Below, in pieces: positions 1 through 9,492 of a DNA stretch of 64,000 nucleotides. Source of the DNA: Nitrososphaerota archaeon (GTDB taxonomy: Archaea > Thermoproteota > Nitrososphaeria_A > Caldarchaeales > Calditenuaceae). Both the position numbers and the translations under genes were made by a program. The notes under the pieces were generated by a model, which ran no database searches, was not told where the DNA came from, and worked only from the letters and a program-made list of their open reading frames with translations. The stretch's first letter is position 1. The number at the start of each line of letters is the position of its first letter. The stretch lies in contig JBEPYO010000001.1 in the NCBI GenBank assembly GCA_041641295.1, positions 512,001 to 576,000 of the forward strand. The letters are read 5' to 3'.

Positions 1-1602
1 CGCAAAATGCGCGACGCCAGAGTCCAGCCATGTATCCAGAACAAAGGGCTCCCTATACATCTCGCCACCACACTTCTCGCACCTGAATACGACCCTGTCC
101 ACCCAGGGCCTATGCATCCTCAGGGGAGTCGGCTTTTTCTCAGCCATCTCAAGCTCAGCCTTTGAGCCCACGGCCCGCGTGCTGCCGCATTTACTGCAGG
201 TCCATATGTTGAGCGGAGTCCCCCAGACCCTTGTCCTAGATATGCACCAGTCCTCAGCGTTTTCGAGCCACTCCCCAAACCTGTTCTGCCCAGCCCAAGC
301 CGGATACCACTTGACCTTCGCATTCTCCTCTATCATTAGCCTCTTGATCCTGTCAATCCTCAGGAACCATTGACGGCTTGTCAGATAGATGAGCGGTGTC
401 CCACACCTCCAGCAGTGGGGGTAGGTGTGGAGTATCCGCCCCTCTTTAAGAAGCAATCCCTTATCCGCTAACACTCTTATCACCTTGTCAGCTGCATCCC
501 TATACCCGAGACCAGCGAACCTCCCACCCTCCTCCGTGAAGACACCGCTAGTGCTGATTGGGCAGAATACAGGCAGCCCGTGGCTTTTACCCAGCTCGAA
601 GTCCTCGGGCCCGTGGCCTGGGGCTATGTGGACCAGCCCAGTACCTTCTTCCATAGAGACGAAATCTGCCGGCAGGACTGTGTGGGCTGGAGGCACGTGG
701 CTTGAATGCGCGTTTACTTCCTCGCCGAGAGGGTGAACATATCTCAGACCCACTAGGCTAGCACCTGTGAACCTGCTCACGACACTGTATCTTGTTATTC
801 CCGCGTCGGAGCACACCTTTTCCAAGAGCTTCTGGGCAACAATCATCCTGCCAGCATCCGTCTCAAACTCAACATACTCTTCCTCCGGGTTGACTGCAAC
901 AGCCTCATTCGCAACTAGGGTCCAAGGCGTGGTTGTCCATATGACAAGATACCTCCCCCCATCGCCTTCAAGTGGGAACTTCACATAGATAGAGTAGTCT
1001 TCAACCTCTTCGTATCCCTGCGCCACCTCGTGGGATGAGAGGGGAGTCTCACACCTTGGGCAGAAGGGTACTACCTTGAAGCTGACGACCAGGTCTCCAC
1101 TCTCATAACACTTCTTCAACAAGTGCCACACATGCTCCATGTATCTCTCGTTCCGCGTCTGGTAGGCGGTGTCGTAGTCTAGCCATAGGCCTAGGCGCTC
1201 AGAAGCCTTCCTCCACTCATTGATATAATAGTCGACTAGGGCGTTTGCCTCTTCCACGAACCTCTCCATCCCAACAGCCTCGATCTCCTTCTTACTGCTG
1301 ATGCCGAGCCTCTTCTCAACCTCCAGCTCGGTGGGAAGTCCCTGACAGTCCCACCCAGCCCTCCGCCAGACATCAAGCCCCTTCATCGTCTGATACCTCA
1401 ATACGATGTCTTTGTAGACCCGCCCCCTAGCATGGCCTATGTGCATGTAGGAGTTGACGGTCGGCGGCCCTTCGAGGAAGGAGAAGACAGGGGCGCCACG
1501 ATTCATGTTCATGTGCTTCTTCGGAATATCATTCTCTGACCAGAACTTGGCTATCTCCTCTTCAACGCGTCTGAAGTCGTAGCGCGGTGGTAGCGCATAC
1601 AT
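1..1602 (-). CDS. ileS: Isoleucyl-tRNA synthetase, N-terminal part (runs off the window start)
   Basis: Manual translation from ATG at 1602: MYALPPRYDFRRVEEEIAKFW...FLEGPPTVNSYMHIGHARGRVYKD...GWDCQGLP...WTTTPWTL...GTGLVHIAPGHG...HCWRCGTPLIY. Has the HIGH motif and IleRS editing-domain motifs. Not in the ORF track because there is no stop inside the window. Confidence 0.95.
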   Translation of the reverse strand, partial: MYALPPRYDFRRVEEEIAKFWSENDIPKKHMNMNRGAPVFSFLEGPPTVNSYMHIGHARGRVYKDIVLRYQTMKGLDVWRRAGWDCQGLPTELEVEKRLGISSKKEIEAVGMERFVEEANALVDYYINEWRKASERLGLWLDYDTAYQTRNERYMEHVWHLLKKCYESGDLVVSFKVVPFCPRCETPLSSHEVAQGYEEVEDYSIYVKFPLEGDGGRYLVIWTTTPWTLVANEAVAVNPEEEYVEFETDAGRMIVAQKLLEKVCSDAGITRYSVVSRFTGASLVGLRYVHPLGEEVNAHSSHVPPAHTVLPADFVSMEEGTGLVHIAPGHGPEDFELGKSHGLPVFCPISTSGVFTEEGGRFAGLGYRDAADKVIRVLADKGLLLKEGRILHTYPHCWRCGTPLIYLTSRQWFLRIDRIKRLMIEENAKVKWYPAWAGQNRFGEWLENAEDWCISRTRVWGTPLNIWTCSKCGSTRAVGSKAELEMAEKKPTPLRMHRPWVDRVVFRCEKCGGEMYREPFVLDTWLDSGVAHFA

Positions 1603-1728
1603 TTCTCAGTCTAAGGGATTGTTGATGAATCTCGATATTTTAGTCTTTTAAAACCCCCGCCCCTAGCTGGCAGCTATGTAGGTTAACGTGAAACATTTAA
1701 AAACACGGCCCCCGTATTGAGAGGTGAA

Positions 1729-2529
1729 ATGGTGCTAACTCTCCAAGTGGGTGTAGGAACCATCATTGGCCTTATACTACTAATCATCATACTGATTATA
1801 ATCCTAGCTTCAGCGATCAGGGTTGTCAGAGAGTATGAGAGGGCTGTCATCTTCCGTCTCGGAAGGGTTATAGGGGCGAAAGGCCCGGGCCTAATACTTC
1901 TGATACCCATAGTCGACCAGCCCAGAATTATCGATCTCAGGATAATCACATTTGACGTGCCGCGTCAGCGTATCGTGACTAGGGATAACGTGACTGTGGA
2001 GGTTGATGCCGTAGTTTATATGCGGGTGGAGGACCCGCTGGCAGCTGTCCTGAGGGTGAGGGACTACCAAATTGCAACAAGCCTATTGGCTCAGACGACT
2101 TTGAGAGACGTGATAGGCCAAGTCGAGCTTGACGACCTGCTGGCGAGAAGGGATGAGCTCAGCAAGAAGATACAGATGATTTTGGATGAGGCGACGGAGC
2201 CTTGGGGGATTAAGGTGACCAACGTCTCTATCAGGGATGTCGTTCTCCCCGAGTCTATGCAGAGGGCTATGGCTAGGCAGGCAGAGGCTGAGAGGGAGAA
2301 GAGGAGCAGGATCATAATAGCTGAGGGTGAGCTCCTCGCAGCCCAGAAGATGGCGGATGCAGCCGCAGTCTATGCAACTAATCCCTATGCAATGAGGCTG
2401 AGGGAACTCCAGACTTGGGCCGAGATTGCGAGGGAGAAGAACTTGATAATAGTTACCGAGGGAGGGGGCGCGCTGGGAAGCCTAGTGGGAGTCGCGAGGG
2501 GCGTCGCCCAGGAAAGTCCGAAAAAGTAG
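1729..2529 (+). CDS. SPFH/band 7 (stomatin-like) membrane protein
   Basis: N-terminal hydrophobic helix, then YERAVIFRLGR, DNVTVEVDAVVY and AEAEREKR. ATG at 1729 follows the SD-like GAGGTGA. Confidence 0.95.
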   Translation: MVLTLQVGVGTIIGLILLIIILIIILASAIRVVREYERAVIFRLGRVIGAKGPGLILLIPIVDQPRIIDLRIITFDVPRQRIVTRDNVTVEVDAVVYMRVEDPLAAVLRVRDYQIATSLLAQTTLRDVIGQVELDDLLARRDELSKKIQMILDEATEPWGIKVTNVSIRDVVLPESMQRAMARQAEAEREKRSRIIIAEGELLAAQKMADAAAVYATNPYAMRLRELQTWAEIAREKNLIIVTEGGGALGSLVGVARGVAQESPKK

Positions 2530-2539
2530 CGCTTAGCCC

Positions 2540-3829
2540 TTGAGGACGGCATCAAGGTTAGCGGTTTCATCTATCCTCCTGCTCTACGTAGCCCTACTGG
2601 CACCTCTAGCCGCTGGGCAGGGGGAGATAATGTGGCTCAACATCTCAGGAAACATATCGCCGGCCACCGCTGAGTACATTACCGCCGCATTAGAGGGCTC
2701 CAGTGGATACAGAGCAGTTCTGATAACGATAGACACCTTCGGCGGTTTAGGCGACTCCACCTTCAAGATAATAGACGCTATGATGGCGTCGCCGACGCCT
2801 GTAATAGTCTACGTCTATCCGCCGGGGGGACAGTCCCTCTCTGCTGGGACGTATATTTTGATGGCCTCAAGCCTCGCAGCCATGGCTCCCTACACAACCA
2901 TCGGGTCCGCCCAACCCGTGGTTAACGGGGTTCCATCAAACGACACGAAACTCATCAACTTTCTCGTAGAGAAGATGAGAAGCATGGCCAGGCTACATGG
3001 TAGAAATGAGACACAGGCCGCCCGCTTTGTCACACACAATGATAACCTTGGGCCAGAGGATGCTTTGAGGTATGGTGTAATAGAGATAATTGCGGCCGAC
3101 ACCTCGGAGCTGTTGGAGAAGGCCGATGGGGCAGTAGTCAAGACCATCCACGGCGAAGTAGTCCTCAACACCCGCGGCGCAAGGTTGGTGAAGATTGACC
3201 CCGACGTTAGGATTCAGGTGCTTCAGTTTCTGAGCGACCCGCTGGTCTCCGGGCTATTACTTACCCTCGGCGTCCTGATACTCATAGTTGGCCTCTCCAC
3301 ACCCGGGTTCGGCGCGGAGCTCTTGGGGGGTGTGCTGATTGTTTTAGGGCTCGTGGGGCAGGGGTTCAACCTGAACTGGGCCGGGCTCGCACTAGTAATC
3401 CTAGGCTCGGTACTCATACTCTACGAGTTCTACTCCGGAGGAATAATGGCTGCTATGATAGGAGGAATCATTTTATTATCACTGGGGCTGATCCTTTTAG
3501 TGCGGGCGCCCCCCGGGGTGATTTACGTGTCACAGGAGTGGCTCAATGAGCTTCAAATTGCCATTGGCCTAGTGGCTGCCTTCGGGGGTGGCATAACAGC
3601 CTTCATACTCTACAAGGCGCTCCGGACGGTTAAGCGGAAGTCCTTCGAACTAGTGCCGGTGGCGAAAGTTGGGCGGTCTGTTGAGGATATTGACGCTGGC
3701 AAGATAGGCTACGTAGTCGTTGCTGGAGAGTATAGGAGAGCAAAGGCTCTAAAGCCTGTTAGGCAGAATCAAACAATAAAAGTTGTTGGTGTTGAGGACA
3801 GGATTCTCCTAGTCGAGCCTCTCGAGTAG
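2540..3829 (+). CDS. nfeD: NfeD-family membrane-bound serine protease (stomatin operon partner)
   Basis: Signal peptide, ClpP-like domain (DTFGG, SAGTYI, IGSAQPV), TM bundle, and C-terminal OB domain (GYVVVAGEYRRA). Adjacent to the SPFH gene. Confidence 0.92.
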   Translation: MRTASRLAVSSILLLYVALLAPLAAGQGEIMWLNISGNISPATAEYITAALEGSSGYRAVLITIDTFGGLGDSTFKIIDAMMASPTPVIVYVYPPGGQSLSAGTYILMASSLAAMAPYTTIGSAQPVVNGVPSNDTKLINFLVEKMRSMARLHGRNETQAARFVTHNDNLGPEDALRYGVIEIIAADTSELLEKADGAVVKTIHGEVVLNTRGARLVKIDPDVRIQVLQFLSDPLVSGLLLTLGVLILIVGLSTPGFGAELLGGVLIVLGLVGQGFNLNWAGLALVILGSVLILYEFYSGGIMAAMIGGIILLSLGLILLVRAPPGVIYVSQEWLNELQIAIGLVAAFGGGITAFILYKALRTVKRKSFELVPVAKVGRSVEDIDAGKIGYVVVAGEYRRAKALKPVRQNQTIKVVGVEDRILLVEPLE

Positions 3830-3834
3830 GGTTT

Positions 3835-4272
3835 TTACTCGCTACCGAACCTGGTGCGAGGCCCCCTAGGAGACCAGCCCCGCCGCCTGGCACCCCCAGG
3901 CCTCGACGCACCCTGATAGACTGTCTTCTCGGATAGATTGTTCTCAACGTTCACGTTGCCTAGCTCCTCATCGGTTATCTCGAGCTTACCATATCTCCCC
4001 AAGTTCAGCTGCATCTTGCCTCTGAAGACCTTTACAAATGCGTTCGAGATCTTGACTGTGTCTCCCTCGTTTACCTTGTTTATGTTCTCGTCCCACAGGA
4101 CTAGCTGTATTGCTCCTGTCTCATCGGCTATGAGCGACTCGGCGAGCTGGTGCTGGCTCTGGTCATACTGGCTTCCTACTGAGCGGGGCTCACTCTTAGA
4201 CACTACTTTCGCGACAATGTTTACGTTCCGAGAGTTTGGTGTTAGGTTTTCAATCTTGTCTACTCTTTCCAA
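3835..4272 (-). CDS. ssb: Single-stranded DNA-binding protein, single OB fold with Gly/Arg-rich tail (crenarchaeal type)
   Basis: IADETGAIQLVLWDE...NAFVKVFRGKMQLNLGRYG, followed by a G/R/P-rich C-terminal tail. Confidence 0.9.
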   Translation of the reverse strand: MERVDKIENLTPNSRNVNIVAKVVSKSEPRSVGSQYDQSQHQLAESLIADETGAIQLVLWDENINKVNEGDTVKISNAFVKVFRGKMQLNLGRYGKLEITDEELGNVNVENNLSEKTVYQGASRPGGARRRGWSPRGPRTRFGSE

Positions 4273-4402
4273 ACCTTTCCAACCACTTTAGGACGAGATA
4301 TAACGCCGCCCCCGCTATATAAGTGTATCAGGACCCGCCGTCGCGGCTGTAATCAGCGGCTTATTACCCAGGTTAAATATCTCAGGAGCCAATCCAGCCC
4401 CC

Positions 4403-5047
4403 ATGAGAGGGCGAGACCTCATCGAGGCTCTGCGCAGAGAGCTCGAGGCCCTGAACAGACGTATAGAGCATCATCCATTTCTCACCGATGCGGAGAAGGG
4501 GCATCTATCCAGAGACAGGTTGAGACTCTTCGTAGAGAACCAGTACTACATTGTTTATCACGATTTGAGGAGTCTGGCTGTTATGGTTAGCAGGGCATCA
4601 CACCACGACGAGGCTGATTACCTCTCACGCCTCCAGCAGGGAGACCTCACAGCATTCCAAGCACTACTCAGGCTCGGCGAGGAGTTGGAGGCGCCTTTCA
4701 GAGAGTTTAGTGAGTTGAGAGTCATGCCAGGTGCTGTAGCCTATACTCACTATCTCGCTTGGCTCGCCCTCTATGGTGGAGCTGGTGAGCAGGTGGCTGC
4801 GTTGATCGTGAATCTGCCGGTCTGGGGCCGAGCTTGTCAGAGACTTGCAACGGCACTCAGGAAGAACTATGGGATCAGGTCTACCGAGTTCTTAGATGCC
4901 TTCGCCAATCCACCAGGCTGGGTTGAGGAGGAGGGTGGGAGGATTCTGGAGAGATATATGCCTGGTATCGAGGCGAGGGCTCGTCTTGTCTCTAGGATGA
5001 TCCAGAGCTATGAGCTCGGCTTCTGGGACTCTATCTATGGTGGGTGA
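4403..5047 (+). CDS. TenA-family protein lacking the catalytic Cys (TenA_E-like)
   Basis: HPFL, AYTHYL and YELGFWD motifs. VNLPVW replaces LPCxW. Confidence 0.85.
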   Translation: MRGRDLIEALRRELEALNRRIEHHPFLTDAEKGHLSRDRLRLFVENQYYIVYHDLRSLAVMVSRASHHDEADYLSRLQQGDLTAFQALLRLGEELEAPFREFSELRVMPGAVAYTHYLAWLALYGGAGEQVAALIVNLPVWGRACQRLATALRKNYGIRSTEFLDAFANPPGWVEEEGGRILERYMPGIEARARLVSRMIQSYELGFWDSIYGG

Positions 5048-5054
5048 GGGGTAG

Positions 5055-5738
5055 GTGTTGAGCGGCTTCACCGACCGTTTATGGTCCTCGGTCAGAGACA
5101 TTTATGAGGCTATTCTGACACACCCGTTCCTAACAGGGCTAACTGATGGAAGCCTAGACTTGGAGGTCTTCAAGGGATACATAATTCAGGACGCCCTCTA
5201 TCTCAGTAGGTTCGCCAAGGCGGTTGCACTTGTAGGGGCCAAGGCGCCGGACGACGACGCAGCCCTCACACTCATCTCAGCCGCGCGCGACGCACTCTCG
5301 GTTGAGCGGGCCACACTCCACGACTTCCTCCTCACCCAGTGGGGCATCAAAATGACAGACCTCCAGCAATACCAGATGACGCCAACCAATAGAGCCTACA
5401 CGGACTTTCTCATCGCCTCAGCCTACGAGAAACCATTTCTCACCTGCTTGGCGGCGGTACTCCCCTGCTTCTGGGTGTACTTGGAGGTGGGGAGGGAATT
5501 GTTGAAGAAGGGATCGCCAGTCGAGACATATAGCCGTTGGATAGACACCTACTCCTCGCCAGACTATGAGCAGGCAGTGGGCCGCATAATCAGGCTGGCG
5601 GGAGAGGTTGGTGCGGGTGCTAGGGCGGCGGAGAAGGAGGAGGCGGAACTATACTTCAGGATTTCTACGATGTATGAGTATCTATTCTGGGACTCTGCTT
5701 ACCGGAGGGAAGACTGGCCCTTCGTGCCGAAGAGATAA
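5055..5738 (+). CDS. tenA: Thiaminase II / aminopyrimidine aminohydrolase TenA (TenA_C)
   Basis: HPFL, YIIQDALYL, LPCFWVY (catalytic Cys), WIDTYS, EYLFWD. Confidence 0.92.
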   Translation: MLSGFTDRLWSSVRDIYEAILTHPFLTGLTDGSLDLEVFKGYIIQDALYLSRFAKAVALVGAKAPDDDAALTLISAARDALSVERATLHDFLLTQWGIKMTDLQQYQMTPTNRAYTDFLIASAYEKPFLTCLAAVLPCFWVYLEVGRELLKKGSPVETYSRWIDTYSSPDYEQAVGRIIRLAGEVGAGARAAEKEEAELYFRISTMYEYLFWDSAYRREDWPFVPKR

Positions 5739-5745
5739 AGTCCGC

Positions 5746-5762
5746 CCATAACTGGGTTATGG
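5746..5762. promoter_or_regulatory. Perfect 7-3-7 palindrome just upstream of a TATA-like box (candidate operator, or terminator hairpin)
   Basis: CCATAAC-TGG-GTTATGG, then TTTATAT at about 5768-5774, about 27 nt before the MFS start. Confidence 0.45.
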
Positions 5763-5800
5763 ACCGCTTTATATGAAGCCAGACCACCAAACCCATCGAG

Positions 5801-7123
5801 TTGTCGCGAGAGGATATCCTGTCATCCCTTGAGTCTGCCGGTTGGAGGCGCCCGCACTGGTACCTTTTCACAGCAGTCTCCCTCAACTATCTGCTCGACG
5901 GAATAGTCTTCGCGATAGCTCCTCTGACGGCGGTCATCATCACACCAGACCTCGCCACCGTCATCTTTGCATCTAACCTTCTCGCGGAGACGGCGGGCTC
6001 GGTCTTCTTCGGATACTTGGCAGATAAGCGTGGAAGGAAGTTCTGCCTCCTACTGATAAACTCGATACAGGCCCTCTCGACAGGGCTCCTCTTCTTCCTC
6101 TACAAGAGCCCCATAGCCGTCCTAGTGCTGACCTCGTTGATGAGTTTTAGCGTGGGTGGCGACTTCGGTGCGTCCTATGCCGCCTTAGCGGAAGTGGTTC
6201 CAGCCAAGTATAGGGGGAAGGCCATCCTTCTCTCAACCAACTTCTGGAATGTAGGGAGCGCGGCAATTGCGGGCGCCGCGCTGGTGTTTAGGGCGATATA
6301 CTCCGACCCCGACATCCAGATTCAATACATCCTCCTCGCAACCATAGCGACACTCGGCCTTGTGGCGGTGATTAGGCTTATGGTCCCAGAGTCTCCGCGA
6401 TGGCTACTACATGTAGGCAAGGCAAGTGAGGCCGCCAAGGTCTCAGCAGAGATTGGCGCCCAACAGCCCCAACCTCCCCCAAGCCATGCCACAACTGTAG
6501 CAGGTAAGGCCGTCGGAGGCCCGGGTATTGGCTTCCTATACCGGTTCGCAATCCTCTCGATCATAACTGTTTCACAATACGTTACCTACGGGATGATGGC
6601 CTATTATGCGCCATACGCCAAGGGCTTCACCTTCGGTGCCGAGTCGGCGCCCCTAGTGATCTTTGTTGCTAATCTCGGAGCGTCGGTGGGCGCACTACTC
6701 CTGTGGCCGCTCATAGACAGGAGTAGGAGGCTATCCACCCTCCTATCCTTCCTATTCGGGACGGTTTTTGCAGCTCTAGTACTGCTAACGCACAACGCTG
6801 GACAGTTCCTATACTTCTACGCAACACTTCTCCTCTGCCTCGTCTTCTCGGAGTGGGCTTGGGGCTCTGTGAGCGCCCTCCAAAGCGAGCTCTTCCCCAC
6901 AGGCATCCGGGCCACCGCCGTAGGTGTTTTAACGGGATTGACAGGCGTCAGCGGCGCGCTGATGGTCCTAACACAGAATATACTCTCAGCGTCTGAGTTC
7001 CTAGCAGCCTCGGTGATACTCTGGGGCGCTGGCCTAGCGGCAACTCTGGCTTGGCTGGTGCGCGGGCTTGAGACCGCGAACAGGACTGTCGAAGAGTTGA
7101 GTGAAGGCTTAAAGACAGTTTAA
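5801..7123 (+). CDS. MFS transporter (sugar porter/NiaP-like), possibly for thiamine precursors
   Basis: 12 TM helices, LADKRGRK motif A, PESPRWL, ELFPTGIRA. Follows the tenA pair. Confidence 0.88.
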   Translation: MSREDILSSLESAGWRRPHWYLFTAVSLNYLLDGIVFAIAPLTAVIITPDLATVIFASNLLAETAGSVFFGYLADKRGRKFCLLLINSIQALSTGLLFFLYKSPIAVLVLTSLMSFSVGGDFGASYAALAEVVPAKYRGKAILLSTNFWNVGSAAIAGAALVFRAIYSDPDIQIQYILLATIATLGLVAVIRLMVPESPRWLLHVGKASEAAKVSAEIGAQQPQPPPSHATTVAGKAVGGPGIGFLYRFAILSIITVSQYVTYGMMAYYAPYAKGFTFGAESAPLVIFVANLGASVGALLLWPLIDRSRRLSTLLSFLFGTVFAALVLLTHNAGQFLYFYATLLLCLVFSEWAWGSVSALQSELFPTGIRATAVGVLTGLTGVSGALMVLTQNILSASEFLAASVILWGAGLAATLAWLVRGLETANRTVEELSEGLKTV

Positions 7124-7156
7124 GTATCTCTCAACACTTATCCTCTGCGAGTATCC

Positions 7157-7927
7157 ATGCCTCCACGCAGTCCTAGAATCGCATTACAGCTATACTCTGT
7201 GAGGGATGAGTGTTCGAAGGATTTCTTCAAGACACTTGAGGCCGTGGCCGATATGGGGTTTGAGGGCGTCGAGTTCGCGGGATACTATGGGAAGTCCGCA
7301 GGCGAGATCAAGGACAAGCTCAGGGACCTTGGACTGGATATTGCCGGAGCCCACGAGTCAATACAGAGGATGAGCGGAGACGAGTTAGAGAAGACTTTAA
7401 GATATAACAAGGAGCTCGGAAACAACAAGATTGTCATCCCCTGGCTTCCACCAGAGATGAGGGCCGACAAGCGAGGCTGGATAAACTCGGCCAGACTTAT
7501 CAGCGAGATGGCGGATAAAGCCTCCGCCCAAGGCTTCAAGATCGGATACCACAACCACCGCGAAGAGTTTACACCAGTCAATGGAGAATATCCCTGGCAC
7601 ATATTCTTCGACAATGCGAGTGGCACAGTCTTCATGCAGCTTGACACTGGGAATGCTCTGAGCGCGGGAATACCTGACACACTGCTGGTCGAGGTTTTAA
7701 GGAGGTATCCCAACAGAGCCCTGACAATCCATCTCAAAGACTACTCTCTCAGGCGTGGATTCGTCATCCTAGGGGAGGGGGATGTGCCTTTCAGGGAGGT
7801 GCTGGCTGCCTGCAGCGAGGTGGGAGGTACGGAGTGGCTGATAGTTGAGCAGGAGACATACCCCTACCCTCCTCTCGAGTCTGTCAGACGTTGCCTAGAA
7901 AACCTGAAAAAGATACTGCAGACATAA
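7157..7927 (+). CDS. Sugar phosphate isomerase/epimerase (xylose-isomerase-like TIM barrel)
   Basis: ALQLYSVRD, GVEFAGY, YHNHREEF, QLDTGN, IHLKD, IVEQE. Confidence 0.9.
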   Translation: MPPRSPRIALQLYSVRDECSKDFFKTLEAVADMGFEGVEFAGYYGKSAGEIKDKLRDLGLDIAGAHESIQRMSGDELEKTLRYNKELGNNKIVIPWLPPEMRADKRGWINSARLISEMADKASAQGFKIGYHNHREEFTPVNGEYPWHIFFDNASGTVFMQLDTGNALSAGIPDTLLVEVLRRYPNRALTIHLKDYSLRRGFVILGEGDVPFREVLAACSEVGGTEWLIVEQETYPYPPLESVRRCLENLKKILQT

Positions 7928-8006
7928 ACCGCTCAGCCGGCTTCTCTCAAATCTATTGACTGAGCAGAAGTTTATTAGTCATGATTTGAGTTAGCTCTGG
8001 GTTGAG

Positions 8007-9488
8007 ATGGCGAAAACTGTCTTAGAGAAGATTTGGGACGACCACGTCCTAGCCGTGCGCGGAGAGGACGAGTACCTCCTCTACGTTGATAGGCATTTGA
8101 CGCATGAGGTGACTTCGCCGATCGCCTTTGAGGGTCTTAGGACGGCTGGGAGGAGGGTTAGGAGGCCGGACCTGACCTTTGCCCTAATGGACCATAATGT
8201 TCCAACATCTGATAGGGCTCTGCCTGTAAGGGACGAGCATTCTCGGGAGCAGATGAGGGCTCTCGCCAAGAACGCTCGAGAATTCTCCATCACACTCTTC
8301 GACTACTTTAGTCCATGGCAGGGTATTGTGCATGTCGTGGGCCCCGAGCTGGGTTTGACGGTCCCGGGCATAACGCTCGTCTGCGGAGACAGCCACACCA
8401 GCACCCACGGCGCCCTAGGGGCGCTTGCTTTCGGTATAGGGACGAGCGAGGGTGAGCACGTCTTCGCAACCCAGACGATATGGATGAGGAGGCCGAGGCA
8501 GATGGAGGTTAGGCTGGAGGGGGATTTCAAGAGCCACACAACCGCGAAGGACGCCATACTCTACGTTATTCGGGATCTGGGGACCGGGGGGATGATTGGG
8601 CATGCAGCCGAGTTTAGAGGCGAGGCCGTCAAGAGGATGAGTGTGGAGGAGAGGATGACGATCTGCAACATGGCGATTGAGGGAGGAGCGAGGACGGCGA
8701 TAGTTGAGCCGGACGAGAAGGTCTACAGCTACCTGGATGGCGCCCCATACGCGCCCACGGGCGATGACTGGGAAGATGCTAAGAAGTATTGGGAGACGTT
8801 GAAGACGGATAATGGCGCGAAGTTCGACAAGAGCTATAGGCTAGACGTCTCCAAGCTGGAGCCCCAGATAACGTGGGGGACTAACCCTGCGATGTGTATA
8901 GGTGTGAGCGAGACAGTGCCTGAGCCGCGAATGTTTGAAGACCCTGCGAAGAGGAAGATGATCGAAAGGGCTCTCGAATACATGGGCTTGAAGCCGGGAC
9001 AGAAGATTGAAGGAACACCCATAGACGCCGTCTTCATAGGCTCCTGCACCAATGCGAGACTCTCCGACCTAGTAATGGTGGCTAGGCTGGTTAAGGGTAG
9101 GAAAGTTGCTCCGGGTGTTAGGGCCATGATTGTTCCAGGGTCGATGCTAGTTAAGAGGAGGGCTGAGAGGATGGGCCTCCATAGAATATTCCTAGAGGCA
9201 GGGTTTGAGTGGAGGAATAGCGGCTGCAGCATGTGTATAGCCATGAACGAGGATAGGCTTGGGCCGGGGGAGAGGGGAGTCCTGACGAGTAATAGGAACT
9301 TCGAGAACAGGGCAGGCCCGGGAAGCCGCGTCCACCTTGCCAGCCCACTGACAGCAGCGGCCTCGGCTCTAGAGGGAAAGATAGCAGACCCTAGAAAATA
9401 CAGCCTCGCAAGCATCGACGAACTCGAGCTCGAATGGGTCTCGCCATGGATAGAGAGGAATATTCTAAAACCCATGGGAGGTGGGTAG
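8007..9488 (+). CDS. leuC: 3-isopropylmalate dehydratase large subunit
   Basis: HEVTSP, DHNVPT, CGDSHTSTHGA, GSCTNAR, GCSMCIAMN, TSNRNFENR. Confidence 0.96.
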   Translation: MAKTVLEKIWDDHVLAVRGEDEYLLYVDRHLTHEVTSPIAFEGLRTAGRRVRRPDLTFALMDHNVPTSDRALPVRDEHSREQMRALAKNAREFSITLFDYFSPWQGIVHVVGPELGLTVPGITLVCGDSHTSTHGALGALAFGIGTSEGEHVFATQTIWMRRPRQMEVRLEGDFKSHTTAKDAILYVIRDLGTGGMIGHAAEFRGEAVKRMSVEERMTICNMAIEGGARTAIVEPDEKVYSYLDGAPYAPTGDDWEDAKKYWETLKTDNGAKFDKSYRLDVSKLEPQITWGTNPAMCIGVSETVPEPRMFEDPAKRKMIERALEYMGLKPGQKIEGTPIDAVFIGSCTNARLSDLVMVARLVKGRKVAPGVRAMIVPGSMLVKRRAERMGLHRIFLEAGFEWRNSGCSMCIAMNEDRLGPGERGVLTSNRNFENRAGPGSRVHLASPLTAAASALEGKIADPRKYSLASIDELELEWVSPWIERNILKPMGGG

Positions 9489-9492
9489 AGAG

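Noticed and set aside
4273-4402. TPP riboswitch upstream of tenA
   Set aside because: The conserved CTGAGA and ACCTG...GCGTAGGGA elements are missing, and the TATA box is only about 25 nt from the start codon.
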